A stretch of DNA of 64,000 bases from assembly GCA_963815115.1 (NCBI GenBank), contig CAWFFN010000009.1, positions 1,120,001 to 1,184,000 of the forward strand, in the 5' to 3' direction. The position numbers and the translations under genes are program-made. Of this stretch, positions 18,723-29,340 are shown in pieces; position 1 is the stretch's first letter, and every line of letters begins with the position of its first letter. The notes under the pieces were generated by a model. The model was given only the letters and a program-made list of their open reading frames with translations. It did not search any database and was not told the DNA's origin. This stretch comes from an uncultured delta proteobacterium (GTDB lineage Bacteria > Desulfobacterota > Binatia > DP-6).

Positions 18723-20129
18723 ATGCTCTTCCACCGGGCGCCCTTCCTCTGGCTCCTCCTCGCCACCTTCGTCGGGTACTGGTGGCTGCTGCGCACCCAG
18801 CGGGCGCGCAACCTGCTCCTGCTGCTCGCCAGCGTCGTGTTCTACGCGAACTGGAATCCCTGGCTCGTGCCGCTGGTCGCGGGCACGGCGATCTTCGACT
18901 ACCGGATGGCCCTGGCCATCGAGGATGCGCGCGACGAGATCACCCGCCGGCGCCGCCTCGTCGCCGCGGTCGCCGTCCCGCTCGGCTTGCTCGCCTACTT
19001 CAAGTACACGAATTTTCTGATCGCCCAGGCGTGGCTGCCGTTGCGCATGCTCGGCCTGCAGGCGCCGCCGCCCGTGTTCGACATCGTGCTGCCGCTCGGC
19101 ATCTCGTTCTACACCTTCGAGACGATCGCCTACGTGGTCGACGTCTACCGGCGGCGGATTCCCGCGGAGCGCAATGCGGTCGACTACACGGTGTTCCTGC
19201 TCTTCTTCCCCCACCTGATCGCCGGGCCGATCGTGCGCGCGGATCAGTTCCTTCCCCAGGTGCGGCGGGCGCGGCGGCTCGACTGGGGCCGCGTCGAGCT
19301 CGGGGCACGGCTCTTCGTGTTCGGGATGCTCAAGAAGGCGGTGGTCGCCGATCAGCTGGCGGTGCTCGTCGATCCGGTCTTCGCGCATCCGGAGTCGTAT
19401 GCCACGAGCACGATCTGGACCGGCGTCGTGTGCTACGCCGTCCAGATCTACTGCGATTTCTCGGGCTACTCCGACATGGCGATCGGGGGCGCCCACATCC
19501 TCGGCATCAAGCTGCCCGTCAACTTCCGGATGCCGTACTTCGCGGCGAACCCGGCGGAGTTCTGGCGCCGCTGGCACATCACGCTGTCGACGTGGCTGCG
19601 CGACTACCTCTACATTCCGCTCGGCGGCAACCGTCACGGCACCGCGGCCACCCACCGCAACCTGCTCCTCACCATGCTGCTGGGCGGGCTGTGGCACGGA
19701 GCCGCGTGGACGTTCGTGATCTGGGGCGCCTATCACGGCGTCCTGCTGATCCTGCACCGCGCGATCCCGTGGCCCGCGTGGACGGGACGTGCGGCGCTGC
19801 GCCCCGCGCGGGTCGCGCTCATGTTCCTCCTCGTCTGCGTGGGATGGGTCTTCTTCCGCGCGGAGAGCCTCACGGGGGCGGGGACGATCCTCGGGCGCAT
19901 GGCGGTCCCGACGGCGGGGATCGAGCTCACGCCACAGGTCGCCGCCCTCGTGGTCGCGCTCCTCGGGATCGTCTTCGTGGCGCACCTGGTCGGCACGTTC
20001 GCCGACGTGCCGCGGCTCGTGCGCCTCCTGCCGGCGCCCGTGCTCGGGACGGCGCTCGCCGGCGGCTTCCTGCTCGCCCGGCTGCTGGCTCCCGACACGG
20101 GAGGCGCCTTCATCTACTTCCAGTTCTGA
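18723..20129 (+). CDS. MBOAT O-acyltransferase (AlgI/DltB-like)
   Basis: LPLGISFYTF, FPHLIAGPIVR, QIYCDFSGYSD, EFWRRWHITLS.WLRDYLYIPLGGNR, GLWHGA, FIYFQF. Confidence 0.95.
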   Translation: MLFHRAPFLWLLLATFVGYWWLLRTQRARNLLLLLASVVFYANWNPWLVPLVAGTAIFDYRMALAIEDARDEITRRRRLVAAVAVPLGLLAYFKYTNFLIAQAWLPLRMLGLQAPPPVFDIVLPLGISFYTFETIAYVVDVYRRRIPAERNAVDYTVFLLFFPHLIAGPIVRADQFLPQVRRARRLDWGRVELGARLFVFGMLKKAVVADQLAVLVDPVFAHPESYATSTIWTGVVCYAVQIYCDFSGYSDMAIGGAHILGIKLPVNFRMPYFAANPAEFWRRWHITLSTWLRDYLYIPLGGNRHGTAATHRNLLLTMLLGGLWHGAAWTFVIWGAYHGVLLILHRAIPWPAWTGRAALRPARVALMFLLVCVGWVFFRAESLTGAGTILGRMAVPTAGIELTPQVAALVVALLGIVFVAHLVGTFADVPRLVRLLPAPVLGTALAGGFLLARLLAPDTGGAFIYFQF

Positions 20130-20288
20130 GATGTTGCCGGGTGTTGGCCCTCGATCACGGCTCGCACGCAAAGGCGGCGCGACCGCGGCACGGAGACGGG
20201 GGTGAGCGACCGGGGGCGGAAGCGCTTGCATTCTCGTGCGGGTGAGTGTGTCTGACCCCGAGGGGAAACCCAGCGCGAGGAGAAGGCA

Positions 20289-21056
20289 GTGGGAGGCTCT
20301 TTCTTGAAGACCAAGGTGCCGTCCGCACCGGGTTTCATCCCGATCCGGAGCGGGCGCCTGCAGAGGAAGTGCGACTGCGGCCAGCATGGATGTGGCGCGG
20401 GCGCGAAGTTCGCGGCGTGCCAGGGAAGGCGCGCGGCGGAGGCCGCGCCCGCCCAGGCCATGGGCGCCCGCTTTGCTCACGACTTCAGCGGCGTCCGCGT
20501 CTACAGCGGTCAGAGCCCGTGCTCCCCCGACTGGTACGGCGACTCGAAGCCGGAGATGGACGAGACCACCGGGAAGGTAACGGGGAAGGTCAAGGTGACG
20601 TACAACGACGCCGCGATCAAGAGCCCCTGTGTCAAGGATTGCATCCAGAAACACGAAGCGGTGCACGTCAAACAGCTCACGCCGGTGGTGCAGGAGATCC
20701 ACAAGTGCGAGGTTGCGGCGAAGGGCGACCCCAAGAAGCAAGAGAAATGCGACCTTCTCTTCTTCGAGAAGATCACCAAGGCCCCCCTCAACGCGATGGA
20801 GTGCGAAGCGTATCAGGTCAGCAAGGCCTGCCTCGCCCGGAAGCTGGCGGACAAGACCTGCTCCAAGGAGCCCCACCGCAAGGCCGTCGAGCAGCACCTG
20901 AAGCAGGAGGAATGCGAGCTGGCCGATCGCAAGTGCAGCGGGTCGAGGTCCTCCAAGGCGAAGGCGGAGATATCCCCGGAACAGGAGACCATGCCTACCG
21001 CGCTGGCACAGCGCGAACAGGACTCCGAACCGGCCGACGCCGGCGAGCCCGCCTGA
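20289..21056 (+). CDS. Protein with degenerate DUF4157/eCIS-core-like N-terminus and Cys/Lys-rich C-terminal domain
   Basis: LQRKCDCG...MGARFAHDFSGVRV; later HEAVH and ECEAY. Confidence 0.6.
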   Translation: MGGSFLKTKVPSAPGFIPIRSGRLQRKCDCGQHGCGAGAKFAACQGRRAAEAAPAQAMGARFAHDFSGVRVYSGQSPCSPDWYGDSKPEMDETTGKVTGKVKVTYNDAAIKSPCVKDCIQKHEAVHVKQLTPVVQEIHKCEVAAKGDPKKQEKCDLLFFEKITKAPLNAMECEAYQVSKACLARKLADKTCSKEPHRKAVEQHLKQEECELADRKCSGSRSSKAKAEISPEQETMPTALAQREQDSEPADAGEPA

Positions 21057-21159
21057 CGGACGTGCCCCTGCCCTGGCCCCGCGGACCTGGCGTTTTTCTT
21101 TGACCGGCGGATCGCGGACGTGCTAGCGCCACACCGTTGCCGCCAGATCGGAGGGCCCG

Positions 21160-21948
21160 ATGCACGTCACCGTCCGCGTGGTCCTGGCGCTTCTTCCCCT
21201 CCTCGCCGGGGCGCAGACCGGTCTCGCCAAGTGCGACCCGACGACCGAACCCGACCGCGGCGACGTCGCCAGCGCACGAACCGCAGTCGCGACGGCGTGC
21301 GAGTGCGCCGGCGCCGTGTCTCACCGCGGCTACGTGACCTGCGCCGCCGAGGAGGCCAAGGCCGCGCTGGTGAACAAGGGCTGCGCCGGTGTCGTCAAGC
21401 GCTGCGCCTCCAGGTCGACGTGCGGCAAGCCCGGCTTCGTTGCGTGCTGCCGGACCCGTAGCTCGGGCAAGACCTCGTGTTCGCTGAAGCGGAGCGCGGC
21501 TCGCTGTGTCCCCCCGAAGGGAGGCGGCGCGTGCGCGTCATCGGTGCCGAGCTGCTGCGACGCGTGCGGCGCCGGCGGCTGCAACGCGACCACCACCACG
21601 ACCTCGTCGACCTCGACGACGAGCAACCCCGCTCCGCCCGCCTGCGGTCTCGACGCGGGTGGCACCTGCGGAGGCCTCTGCCCGTCGCTGACCGACGATT
21701 GCGTCCAGGATTCCGTCACGGGAGCGTGCGGCTGTGTCCCGGGGGCGTGCCGGGCGATCGGTGGCATCGGATCGTGTGGGGGGACCTGCCCGGCGCCGGC
21801 AATCTGTACCCTCTTTCCGGTTGCCGGGGGCTGCACGTGCATCATCCCCTGCGAGGGAAGTGGCGCTCCTCCCTGCTCCCCCCCGTGTTCGCCCGGTCAG
21901 GGATGTGTCTTCAACCCGTCCACGGCCGCGTGCGTCTGCGCTCCGTGA
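21160..21948 (+). CDS. Secreted Cys-rich protein with Thr-rich linker
   Basis: Signal peptide, CECAGAVSHRGYVTC..CASRSTCGKPG, TTTTTSSTSTT, CGGxCP repeats. Confidence 0.8.
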   Translation: MHVTVRVVLALLPLLAGAQTGLAKCDPTTEPDRGDVASARTAVATACECAGAVSHRGYVTCAAEEAKAALVNKGCAGVVKRCASRSTCGKPGFVACCRTRSSGKTSCSLKRSAARCVPPKGGGACASSVPSCCDACGAGGCNATTTTTSSTSTTSNPAPPACGLDAGGTCGGLCPSLTDDCVQDSVTGACGCVPGACRAIGGIGSCGGTCPAPAICTLFPVAGGCTCIIPCEGSGAPPCSPPCSPGQGCVFNPSTAACVCAP

Positions 21949-21970
21949 CGGCTCTGGCAGGAGCGACACG

Positions 21971-23101
21971 GTGCCACGTCCGCGTCCCGATCCGGCCCGC
22001 GCGCGCCGCGTGCTTGCCATGGCGGGCGTCGTCATCGTCACGGGACAGCTGGCGGCGGGACTGGCTCTCGACGCGGCCCCGCCGTCGGTTCGCTTCGCGG
22101 AGGGTGCCAGGGTGCTGGCGCGTGCGCGTGCGGTCGGCGACGCCCCGTATGTTCTCCTGCTCGGAAGCTCCCGGTTCTGGAAGATCGACCTCGACGACGC
22201 CAGGGCTGCCCTTCTCGAGACCGTAGGGACCGGAGCCCCCCGGGTCGTCCAGGGTGCCGTCCTGGGCGGCGACGCCGTCGTCGCCGACTACCTGCTCGAG
22301 CGAATCCTCGCCGAGGGAAGCCGCCCGGCGCTGATCGTGACCGAGATCAGCCCGGAGACCATCGGACACCCCTCGAACTGGATCGCCGGCGATGCCATCC
22401 GCTTCTTCACCTGGAGGGACGTCCTGGCGTGGGCACCGGAGATCGTCGCGCGCGGCAAGCCGGGAGAGGTGATGACCGCGCGCTTCGCGCCGATCGACGT
22501 GTACCGCCGCGAGCTGCTCACCTGGATCGTGGGCCGCCCGCCGCCGTATCTCTCGGTCGCATCACCCGGGATGGACGATGCCTCACCCCCGGACGAGCCC
22601 CGTCCGACGGATGGCCAGGTCGAGCCGGCGCCCGCCGTCCCGAACTCGACCGCACCGGACGGCGACCGCCGGCAGCCCAACGCGGCCACGCTGTCGGGGC
22701 TGCGCCAGACGCGTGGATGGCTGCGTCACTACCGGCTCGGCGGTGAGGCGCGGGCGCTGGAGCGCTTCCTGGCTCGCAGTCGGGCCGCGGGCATCCCCGT
22801 CGTGCTCGTGGGCGTGCCGGTGTCGAGCTGGGTGCGCGCGCTCTACACTCCCGAAGTCGAGCAGGTGTTTCGCGACTACATGGACCGCCTGAGCTCTGGC
22901 GGTGACACGGAGTTCGTCGACTGGCGGGCCCGCTTCGCGGATCGCTTCTTCGCCGATCACCACCACCTCAATGCCCGCGGCGGGAGCCTCTTCGCACGCA
23001 TGCTGGCCGGCGAGGTGCTGGCGCGGCACGTGCGGGAGATGACGGGGCGTGACCACCCCGACGCCGCGCCGACGCCGCGCGGGACCGCGTCGCCGGGCTG
23101 A
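21971..23101 (+). CDS. SGNH-like protein (DltD/AlgJ/DUF1574-type), probable MBOAT partner
   Basis: N-terminal TM, VLLLGSSRF, FADHHHLNARGG. Confidence 0.7.
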   Translation: MPRPRPDPARARRVLAMAGVVIVTGQLAAGLALDAAPPSVRFAEGARVLARARAVGDAPYVLLLGSSRFWKIDLDDARAALLETVGTGAPRVVQGAVLGGDAVVADYLLERILAEGSRPALIVTEISPETIGHPSNWIAGDAIRFFTWRDVLAWAPEIVARGKPGEVMTARFAPIDVYRRELLTWIVGRPPPYLSVASPGMDDASPPDEPRPTDGQVEPAPAVPNSTAPDGDRRQPNAATLSGLRQTRGWLRHYRLGGEARALERFLARSRAAGIPVVLVGVPVSSWVRALYTPEVEQVFRDYMDRLSSGGDTEFVDWRARFADRFFADHHHLNARGGSLFARMLAGEVLARHVREMTGRDHPDAAPTPRGTASPG

Positions 23102-23206
23102 CGCCGCGACGTCCGGCTGCACGTGAATCAGGATGTCCGGGGCATTGACACTTCCGGAGGAAACCACTGGCAGGGGTCGTGCAGGACCTCGACCGCGGCG
23201 CGGCCA

Positions 23207-25982
23207 CTATTTCGGTGACTTCCTGCGTGCTCTGGTGACTGCCGTCGGACACTGCTCGCGTCGCACGTTCCCGAAGTGGTCGGTCACTTCGACGCAGACG
23301 CCCACCTGGATATCCGGGTGGTTCTTCAGGTACCGCTTGCCATTCTGATTGGTACCGAGCTGAGCACGAACGTCGGCGTTGCGCTGGCCGACATCCGGAA
23401 GAACCTTGCCTTTGTCGAATCGCGCCTTTCCCGGCTTGGTTACCTGAGGCCCCGCGGCACACCCGGGTGTGCAGCCACCGACGTTGACCTGGCTTCCGAT
23501 GGCCTGGTTGCTGGTAGCCTGGCCGCCGGGAGCAAGATAGCCCACGGCTGAACACCTGGCCGGCTGATCACCAGTGGTGTTGTTGAGCATGCAGAGCACG
23601 TCGATCTTCCCCGCTCCGCCCACGACCTGTGCGTCGCCAAAGCACGCCTGGCATGCGCCGCTTACGCACTTCCCCTGAGGGGGATCGCAGCTCGCATCGA
23701 TGCAACCCGTGCCATCGTCCTCTGGGTGCCCCGTAGGGCAATTCGGGCTGAACCCGGTGCAGGCGCTTTCCTTCTGACACGATTGCGGCGTAGCACCGCA
23801 ACGAGTGCCCGGATCCACGTACTGATCCGCGGCACAGTCAGGACTCGCCCCGTCGCAATACTCGGCCTGGTCACATTCCCCGACCTGGGGTCGGCATACG
23901 AAGGTCGTCGGCTGGATCCTGGCTTTTGGACAGAGAGCGTCCTGGCCCGTGCACTGGGCTTGCTCCTCGCAGGCCCGCGGGGCCGGGCCACAGATCTCGG
24001 TGTTCGGCTTGAACCTGGGCGATGGGCATCCGTCGTGTGTCCCGTCGCAGTACTCGGGCACGTCACACACGCCGGCCGATGGGCGGCAAACGACACCCGC
24101 GAGCTTCGGCGTGGGAGTCGGGCACATCGGGCTCGAGCCGTTGCATACCGCGTCATTCGAACAGACGGCGCCGAACTGGCACACCGCCCCGCCCGCAACC
24201 AGCCGGCAATTTGCGTCGCAGCAAGAGCCGGACGCCCCATTGAGACCCGGACCGAGGTCGCATTGCTCTCCCCCCTGGATGATCTGGTCTCCGCAGACGG
24301 GGATCGTCGTGCTCGTCGTGGATGTGGCCGGGCCGGTGGTCGTCGTGGTCGTCGATTGGCGTGTCGTGGTCGTGCTACTGGACGTCGTTGTCGTGGTCGT
24401 GCTCGTCGACTGCGCTTTCGTCGTCGTGGTCGTGCTCGTGCTCGTCGTGGACGGGTGGGTCGTGACCGTCGTCGTGCTACTGGACGTCGTCGTCGTGGTC
24501 GAGGTGGTCGTGGTCGTGCCGATCGTCAGGGCCCCGGCCTTGCAAGCGCCGATGTCGGGAGCGCCGGCAACCGGACCGTTCGCCAGGGGCGAGGTTTGCA
24601 CGCATCCAAACGTCCCATCGTCGAGGCAGTGAAAGATGAGTATCCTCCACTTCACCAGCGTCGCTCGTACCCCACCAGTTGTGGGAAGCGACGACGGGGA
24701 CCGCTCCGGCGCCTTCGTTGTCCCGGAGGACAAATGGCCCTGCTTGCCCGCCGGGGCCCGTGTGGATGAGGTTGCTCTGCTGGATGTCGACGGCCGGGGC
24801 GTATGCGGCATCAACCAGCGTCCCGTCACTACTATCGTTGACGAGCGTCGACTGGCGGACCGTCGTGGTGCCAACGTAGTCCACATGGAGCGTAGGACCC
24901 TGGTTCGCGCTGACGCAGCTCCCACTGATTGAACTGCCGTATGTCTCGATACCCGCGCCGCCGTTCCCGGAGACCAGCAATCCGGTGAGCGTGGAGTTGC
25001 CGACGGAGACTCCGGCTCCCCCGTTGTCGGTGATCGTGCTTTGCTGCAGTGTCATATTTGCGCCACTGACTCCGACGCCGCCGTTTCCAGATATGGTGGC
25101 GTTCGAGATCAAGATAGGTGAAGAGCCACTGGGGGAAAGCCCGGTGCCGCCACCAGTGTTCCCCGTGATGTTGAGCTGCCCGAGAGTCGAACCGCCGTTG
25201 TTCGCCGTCACATACAAACCGCTGCCATTCAGTGCGTTGTTCGAGACGTCGAGTCCCGCGAGGTTCACGCGAGCGCTCGCGACATAGACGCCATAGGTAA
25301 GTGTGTTGTTCGAGACGTTGAGTCCCATGAGGTCCACGAGGCCGCCGTTGACGTAGATGCCATAGCTGCACGTGCTCGACATCACCGCGACGTTCTGCAT
25401 CCGAACGTTGCCGGTACCGGAACCGAAGTACACGGCGAAGGTTGGATTGCTCTTCTGCACCGTGACGTCTTTGAGGAATGGCGAGGAAGAGGCCGCGTCG
25501 ACGACGCCGCTCCCCCCCGTGTCCTTGGCGTACTCGATGACGCAGTACTCGAGGATCGCGCCGCCGCTGTAGGCGCTAGTCCCATCGAACGTGGCGTCCG
25601 GCGAGCTGTCCTCGAATCGAATGCCCAGCCAGTCGCCCGGAGCAGGGGTCGCGCTGTTCGAGGTGAAGCGGATTGGCGCATCGGCGGTGCCACGGGCGAC
25701 CAGGGTTCCGAACACGTCCAGGAGCTTGCTGCTCGCGAAACGCACCACGACGCCGGCCTCGATCGTCAGCGTCGGTGGAGGCTTTCCGGAGCAAAAGGTG
25801 GCGCCCCCGATGAACAGGCCGCTGGTCACCACGATCGGGCTGTCACCCTGATGCCAGGTCGTGTCGTCGCATATGGCACCACCGACGTTCAGCGCGACCG
25901 CTGCAACGGGACGCGAGAGGATCATGGCGACGACCAAGCAGCTCCAGATCCACCGAGCCGGCAAGGCCCCAGGAAATCTCAT
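23207..25982 (-). CDS. Large secreted protein: right-handed beta-helix, Thr-rich stalk, disintegrin-like Cys repeats (frameshift ~24640)
   Basis: LTIEAGVVVRF..GTADAPIRFTS..PGDWLGI, ISGNGG repeats, ASHNWWG; CGDQIIQGGEQCD..CCDANC, VCRPSAGVCDVPEYCDG. Confidence 0.8.
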
Positions 25983-26444
25983 CGCGAGGGGGGGTAACAC
26001 AGGAAGATGGGGCCTAGAAAGGGGATTTGCCCTTGACAGCCGTTGCGCTCCGGCAGGGGCGCAACGTATAAGGGAAGTGTGGAGGTCCCCGGGGCGTGGG
26101 GGAGCCGTGGTGCTGGCTGAAGGACAGCGGCTCGTCGCAGCCCGCCGATGTGGGGACGGGATCGTGATCGGGTGCCACGACTGCACGCCGGTGCCGGTGA
26201 GACGTTGCTGGAGAAGGTGCGCGGCTGCAAGGGTCTGCTCCGCCTGACGACGGGCTGCGCGCTCGCGCTCCGTCGCGGCGCCACGATCGCGAGGAGCGTC
26301 GCCGAGCTACGGAAGCCCTTGCGGAGCCTTGGAACGGCGTGGGAAGAGACGTGCGGTCCTCTCCAAGCACGATGTCGGCGAGTATTGCTCTGTGACCAGT
26401 CTCCGCGACGCGATCTACGCACATAGTTTCTTGGGGGGGTCGCG

Positions 26445-27926
26445 GTGAGCGACGTCTTCCTCAGCTACACGCGCGAGGATCTGACGCGGATCCAGCCGCT
26501 CATCGCGGCGCTGGGAGCCTCCGGGCTGACCGTGTGGTGGGATCGCACGATTCTCCCCGGGAAGCGGTTCGACGCGGTCATCGAAGAAGCCATCGACGGT
26601 GCTGCGTGCGTGATCGTGGTGTGGTCTCGACACTCGGTCGGTTCCGAGTGGGTCAAGCTCGAGGCTTCGGAAGGGATGCGACGCCGCGCGCTGGTTCCCG
26701 TCCTGGTGGACGACGTCGCGATCCCCTTCGAGTTCCGCCGTGTCCAGGCTGCCGACCTGATCCAATGGACCGGCGGCACCACCGAGCCCGAGTTCCGCAT
26801 GCTGCTCGACGCCGTCCGCGGCGTGTCGGCCTCGCACGCAGCCACGCGGGAAGGGCCACCGCCGGTGCCGTCCTGGACGCCGCCGCCCCCTCCTCCGCTG
26901 CCAGTTCACGTCACCAAGAAACGAGCACCGATCGCCGGGTGGCCCGTCGTGCTCGCGCTCGTCGTGGCTGTGGTGGCTACGGGCGTGCTCCTGCGCCTTC
27001 GCGAGACCGCGTCGCCGGTCGCACCCGGGCTCCGCGTGGTTGGCGTGATGGAGATCAAGTCGCAGGGCCACATCGAGCCCTGGATGTGCAACCTCACGCG
27101 CGACAAGCTCAACGCGACCCTCAGCAAATTCAGCAACCTGCAGGTCTACTCCCGCGAGAAGATCGACTTCCTCATGGAGAAGCGAGGCTTGAGCGAACTC
27201 GAGGCGGCGACGTCGCTCGGCATCCAGAAGATGGTCTCGGGCACCCTCTCCGGGATGGGGTCCCACCTCGCGCTCCAGGTGCACGTCGTGGACACGGGCA
27301 CCGGCGTCCTCGAGCAGGGGGGTGAAACGACGGGATCGGAGAACGAGCTCGAGGACATGCAGAACCGCGTTGCGCTCGAGGTCATCAAGGGACTTCACGT
27401 CGAGATTGCCGCCGGCGAACTGGAGCGCATCCTGGCGCTGCGCGGGAACGCCACCCCCCAGGACTACAAGCTTCTGGCCGACACGATGGGAGGGTTCGAC
27501 GGTGAAACCGCCGCACCTCCCAAGCCGTCGAAGGACTCGCCGCGTTCGGGTCTGTTCGACATTCACGTCAGCGAGGCATGGGCGGCCGGCGACGATCAGC
27601 AGGCCATTCGGGATGTCCTCGAGCGATATCGGCTCGCTGTCGAAGGCAGAAACCTGGAAACCCTTGCCTCCCTGCACGTCGCACTGACGGACCGCATGCG
27701 AGAGGCCCTCGTCCGCTACTTCGACAACGCCCAGGACATTCACGTCCGGTTCACGGGTATCGACGTCGTTGTCGAGCGAGACCAGGCACTCGCCACGTTC
27801 ACCCGGACCGACGAGTTCACGGACGCGCACACGGGGCGCCCTGTGCGCATGGAGCTCCGCGTGAGCAGCGTGATCGAACGGGTCGGCAACGAATGGAAGG
27901 TTCAAGGGCTCAAGTCGTCTGCTTGA
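26445..27926 (+). CDS. TIR domain, TM helix, TolB-N/CsgG-like domain, NTF2/SnoaL-like domain
   Basis: DVFLSY.RED, VWWD, VVWSRHSVGSEWVKLEA; hydrophobic helix; AIRDVLERYRLAVEGRN...NEWKV. Confidence 0.85.
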   Translation: MSDVFLSYTREDLTRIQPLIAALGASGLTVWWDRTILPGKRFDAVIEEAIDGAACVIVVWSRHSVGSEWVKLEASEGMRRRALVPVLVDDVAIPFEFRRVQAADLIQWTGGTTEPEFRMLLDAVRGVSASHAATREGPPPVPSWTPPPPPPLPVHVTKKRAPIAGWPVVLALVVAVVATGVLLRLRETASPVAPGLRVVGVMEIKSQGHIEPWMCNLTRDKLNATLSKFSNLQVYSREKIDFLMEKRGLSELEAATSLGIQKMVSGTLSGMGSHLALQVHVVDTGTGVLEQGGETTGSENELEDMQNRVALEVIKGLHVEIAAGELERILALRGNATPQDYKLLADTMGGFDGETAAPPKPSKDSPRSGLFDIHVSEAWAAGDDQQAIRDVLERYRLAVEGRNLETLASLHVALTDRMREALVRYFDNAQDIHVRFTGIDVVVERDQALATFTRTDEFTDAHTGRPVRMELRVSSVIERVGNEWKVQGLKSSA

Positions 27927-28035
27927 CGGGGCGGGTCTTCCCGCAGCAACCGAGAGCACCCGGCCTGGCCTTCATGGCCACCATTGCCAAGATGCCGAGG
28001 GAACGAGTACCGCTGGGTACCGCAGAAGAGCTAGC

Positions 28036-29340
28036 ATGAGAGGTCATTTCCAGTTCACCGGCGAAGGTTCGCTCCCCGATCCGGCGGCGTCTGTGGTGAG
28101 GCCGCTCACGGTTGCACTTGCGGCCGTCGTCCTCTTGTCCAGCCCTGGGCCGCTGTTGGCCCGGACGCTCGCGGACCAGCTTGCCCATTTCATCACCGAC
28201 AACTCGTTCTTCCTGCAGAACGGCATCGACTTCGACTCACTCACACCGACACTCGAGCGGATCGCGGTGCAAGGCACCAGCCTGCCCGCGACGGCGACCG
28301 TTCCGGACGTGACGTACGTCTATGATCCGGAACTCGGGATTCCGGTCCGCTCGAGTGGAGTTCCCGGCACGGTCTTCCTCGAAAGCGCCGAGACGGTCGG
28401 GCCGCACGCGCTGCTCCTCGGCATGGCGTACCAGCACGCCGACCTCGACCAGCTCGACGGCCAGGATGCGGCTTCGAACCTCGCCTTCACGAACAGCGTC
28501 CCGGCAACCAACACCATGACGGGACAACAGCTCCGGGTGAGGAACCGCTTCGAGTTCAGCCACTTCGCCATCCATCTCGACGACATCAGCTTCTCGGGAA
28601 CCTTTGGCCTGACGAAGGACTGGGACGTCAATGTCCTGCTCCCGCTCCTGCGGACCGAACTCGATGCCAGAGCGACGAGTCAGAATTTCACGGTGTACCC
28701 CCACGAGCGTCCCATCCCGGATCGTCCAGCCAGCCTCCAGCTCCAGGGCGACGCAGTCGGGATCGGAGATGTGCTTCTCCGCACCAAGTACCGGATCGCG
28801 AGGACTCGGCTGATCGATGTGGCAAGCGCCCTCGTGGTCCGCGTTCCGGCGGGCGAGGAGGAAAACTTTCAGGGGCTCGGGGACTGGACGGTGACGCCCC
28901 TCCTCATCCTCTCACACGGGGTCGGCCCCCACGACCTGCACGCCAATCTCGCCATGGAGCTGAACGCGGACAAGCTCGCGCGGAGCCGGGTGCGATACGG
29001 CCTTGGCGCGACGGTACGGATGAAGGACTGGCTTGCGGCCTTCGTCGATCTGATCGGAAGCTCAGGGATCGAGACGGATCGATTCACCGAAAGCGGTACC
29101 GCGCCGCCCGGATCGCGGTTCGCTGGCCCCTTTCAGACGTCCACAGCGACCGCCGCTCCCGACGGGTCCGTGCACGTGGTGACGACGGTCCCGCGAACGG
29201 ACGTTCTCGACCTCGCGGTGGGTCTGAAATTTGCCCTTGTTGGTCGCGCCACCGGATTCGTGAGTGCGATCGTCCCCCTCACCTCGGATGGTCTCCGGGC
29301 TCCGGTGGTGCCCGCCGGCGGTATCGAGTACCTCTTCTAG
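28036..29340 (+). CDS. Outer-membrane beta-barrel, paralog 2 (start may be ~28092)
   Basis: TYVYDPELGIPVRS, FLESAETVG, GIGDVLLRTKY, PAGEEENFQGLGD, C-terminal GIEYLF. Confidence 0.75.
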   Translation: MRGHFQFTGEGSLPDPAASVVRPLTVALAAVVLLSSPGPLLARTLADQLAHFITDNSFFLQNGIDFDSLTPTLERIAVQGTSLPATATVPDVTYVYDPELGIPVRSSGVPGTVFLESAETVGPHALLLGMAYQHADLDQLDGQDAASNLAFTNSVPATNTMTGQQLRVRNRFEFSHFAIHLDDISFSGTFGLTKDWDVNVLLPLLRTELDARATSQNFTVYPHERPIPDRPASLQLQGDAVGIGDVLLRTKYRIARTRLIDVASALVVRVPAGEEENFQGLGDWTVTPLLILSHGVGPHDLHANLAMELNADKLARSRVRYGLGATVRMKDWLAAFVDLIGSSGIETDRFTESGTAPPGSRFAGPFQTSTATAAPDGSVHVVTTVPRTDVLDLAVGLKFALVGRATGFVSAIVPLTSDGLRAPVVPAGGIEYLF

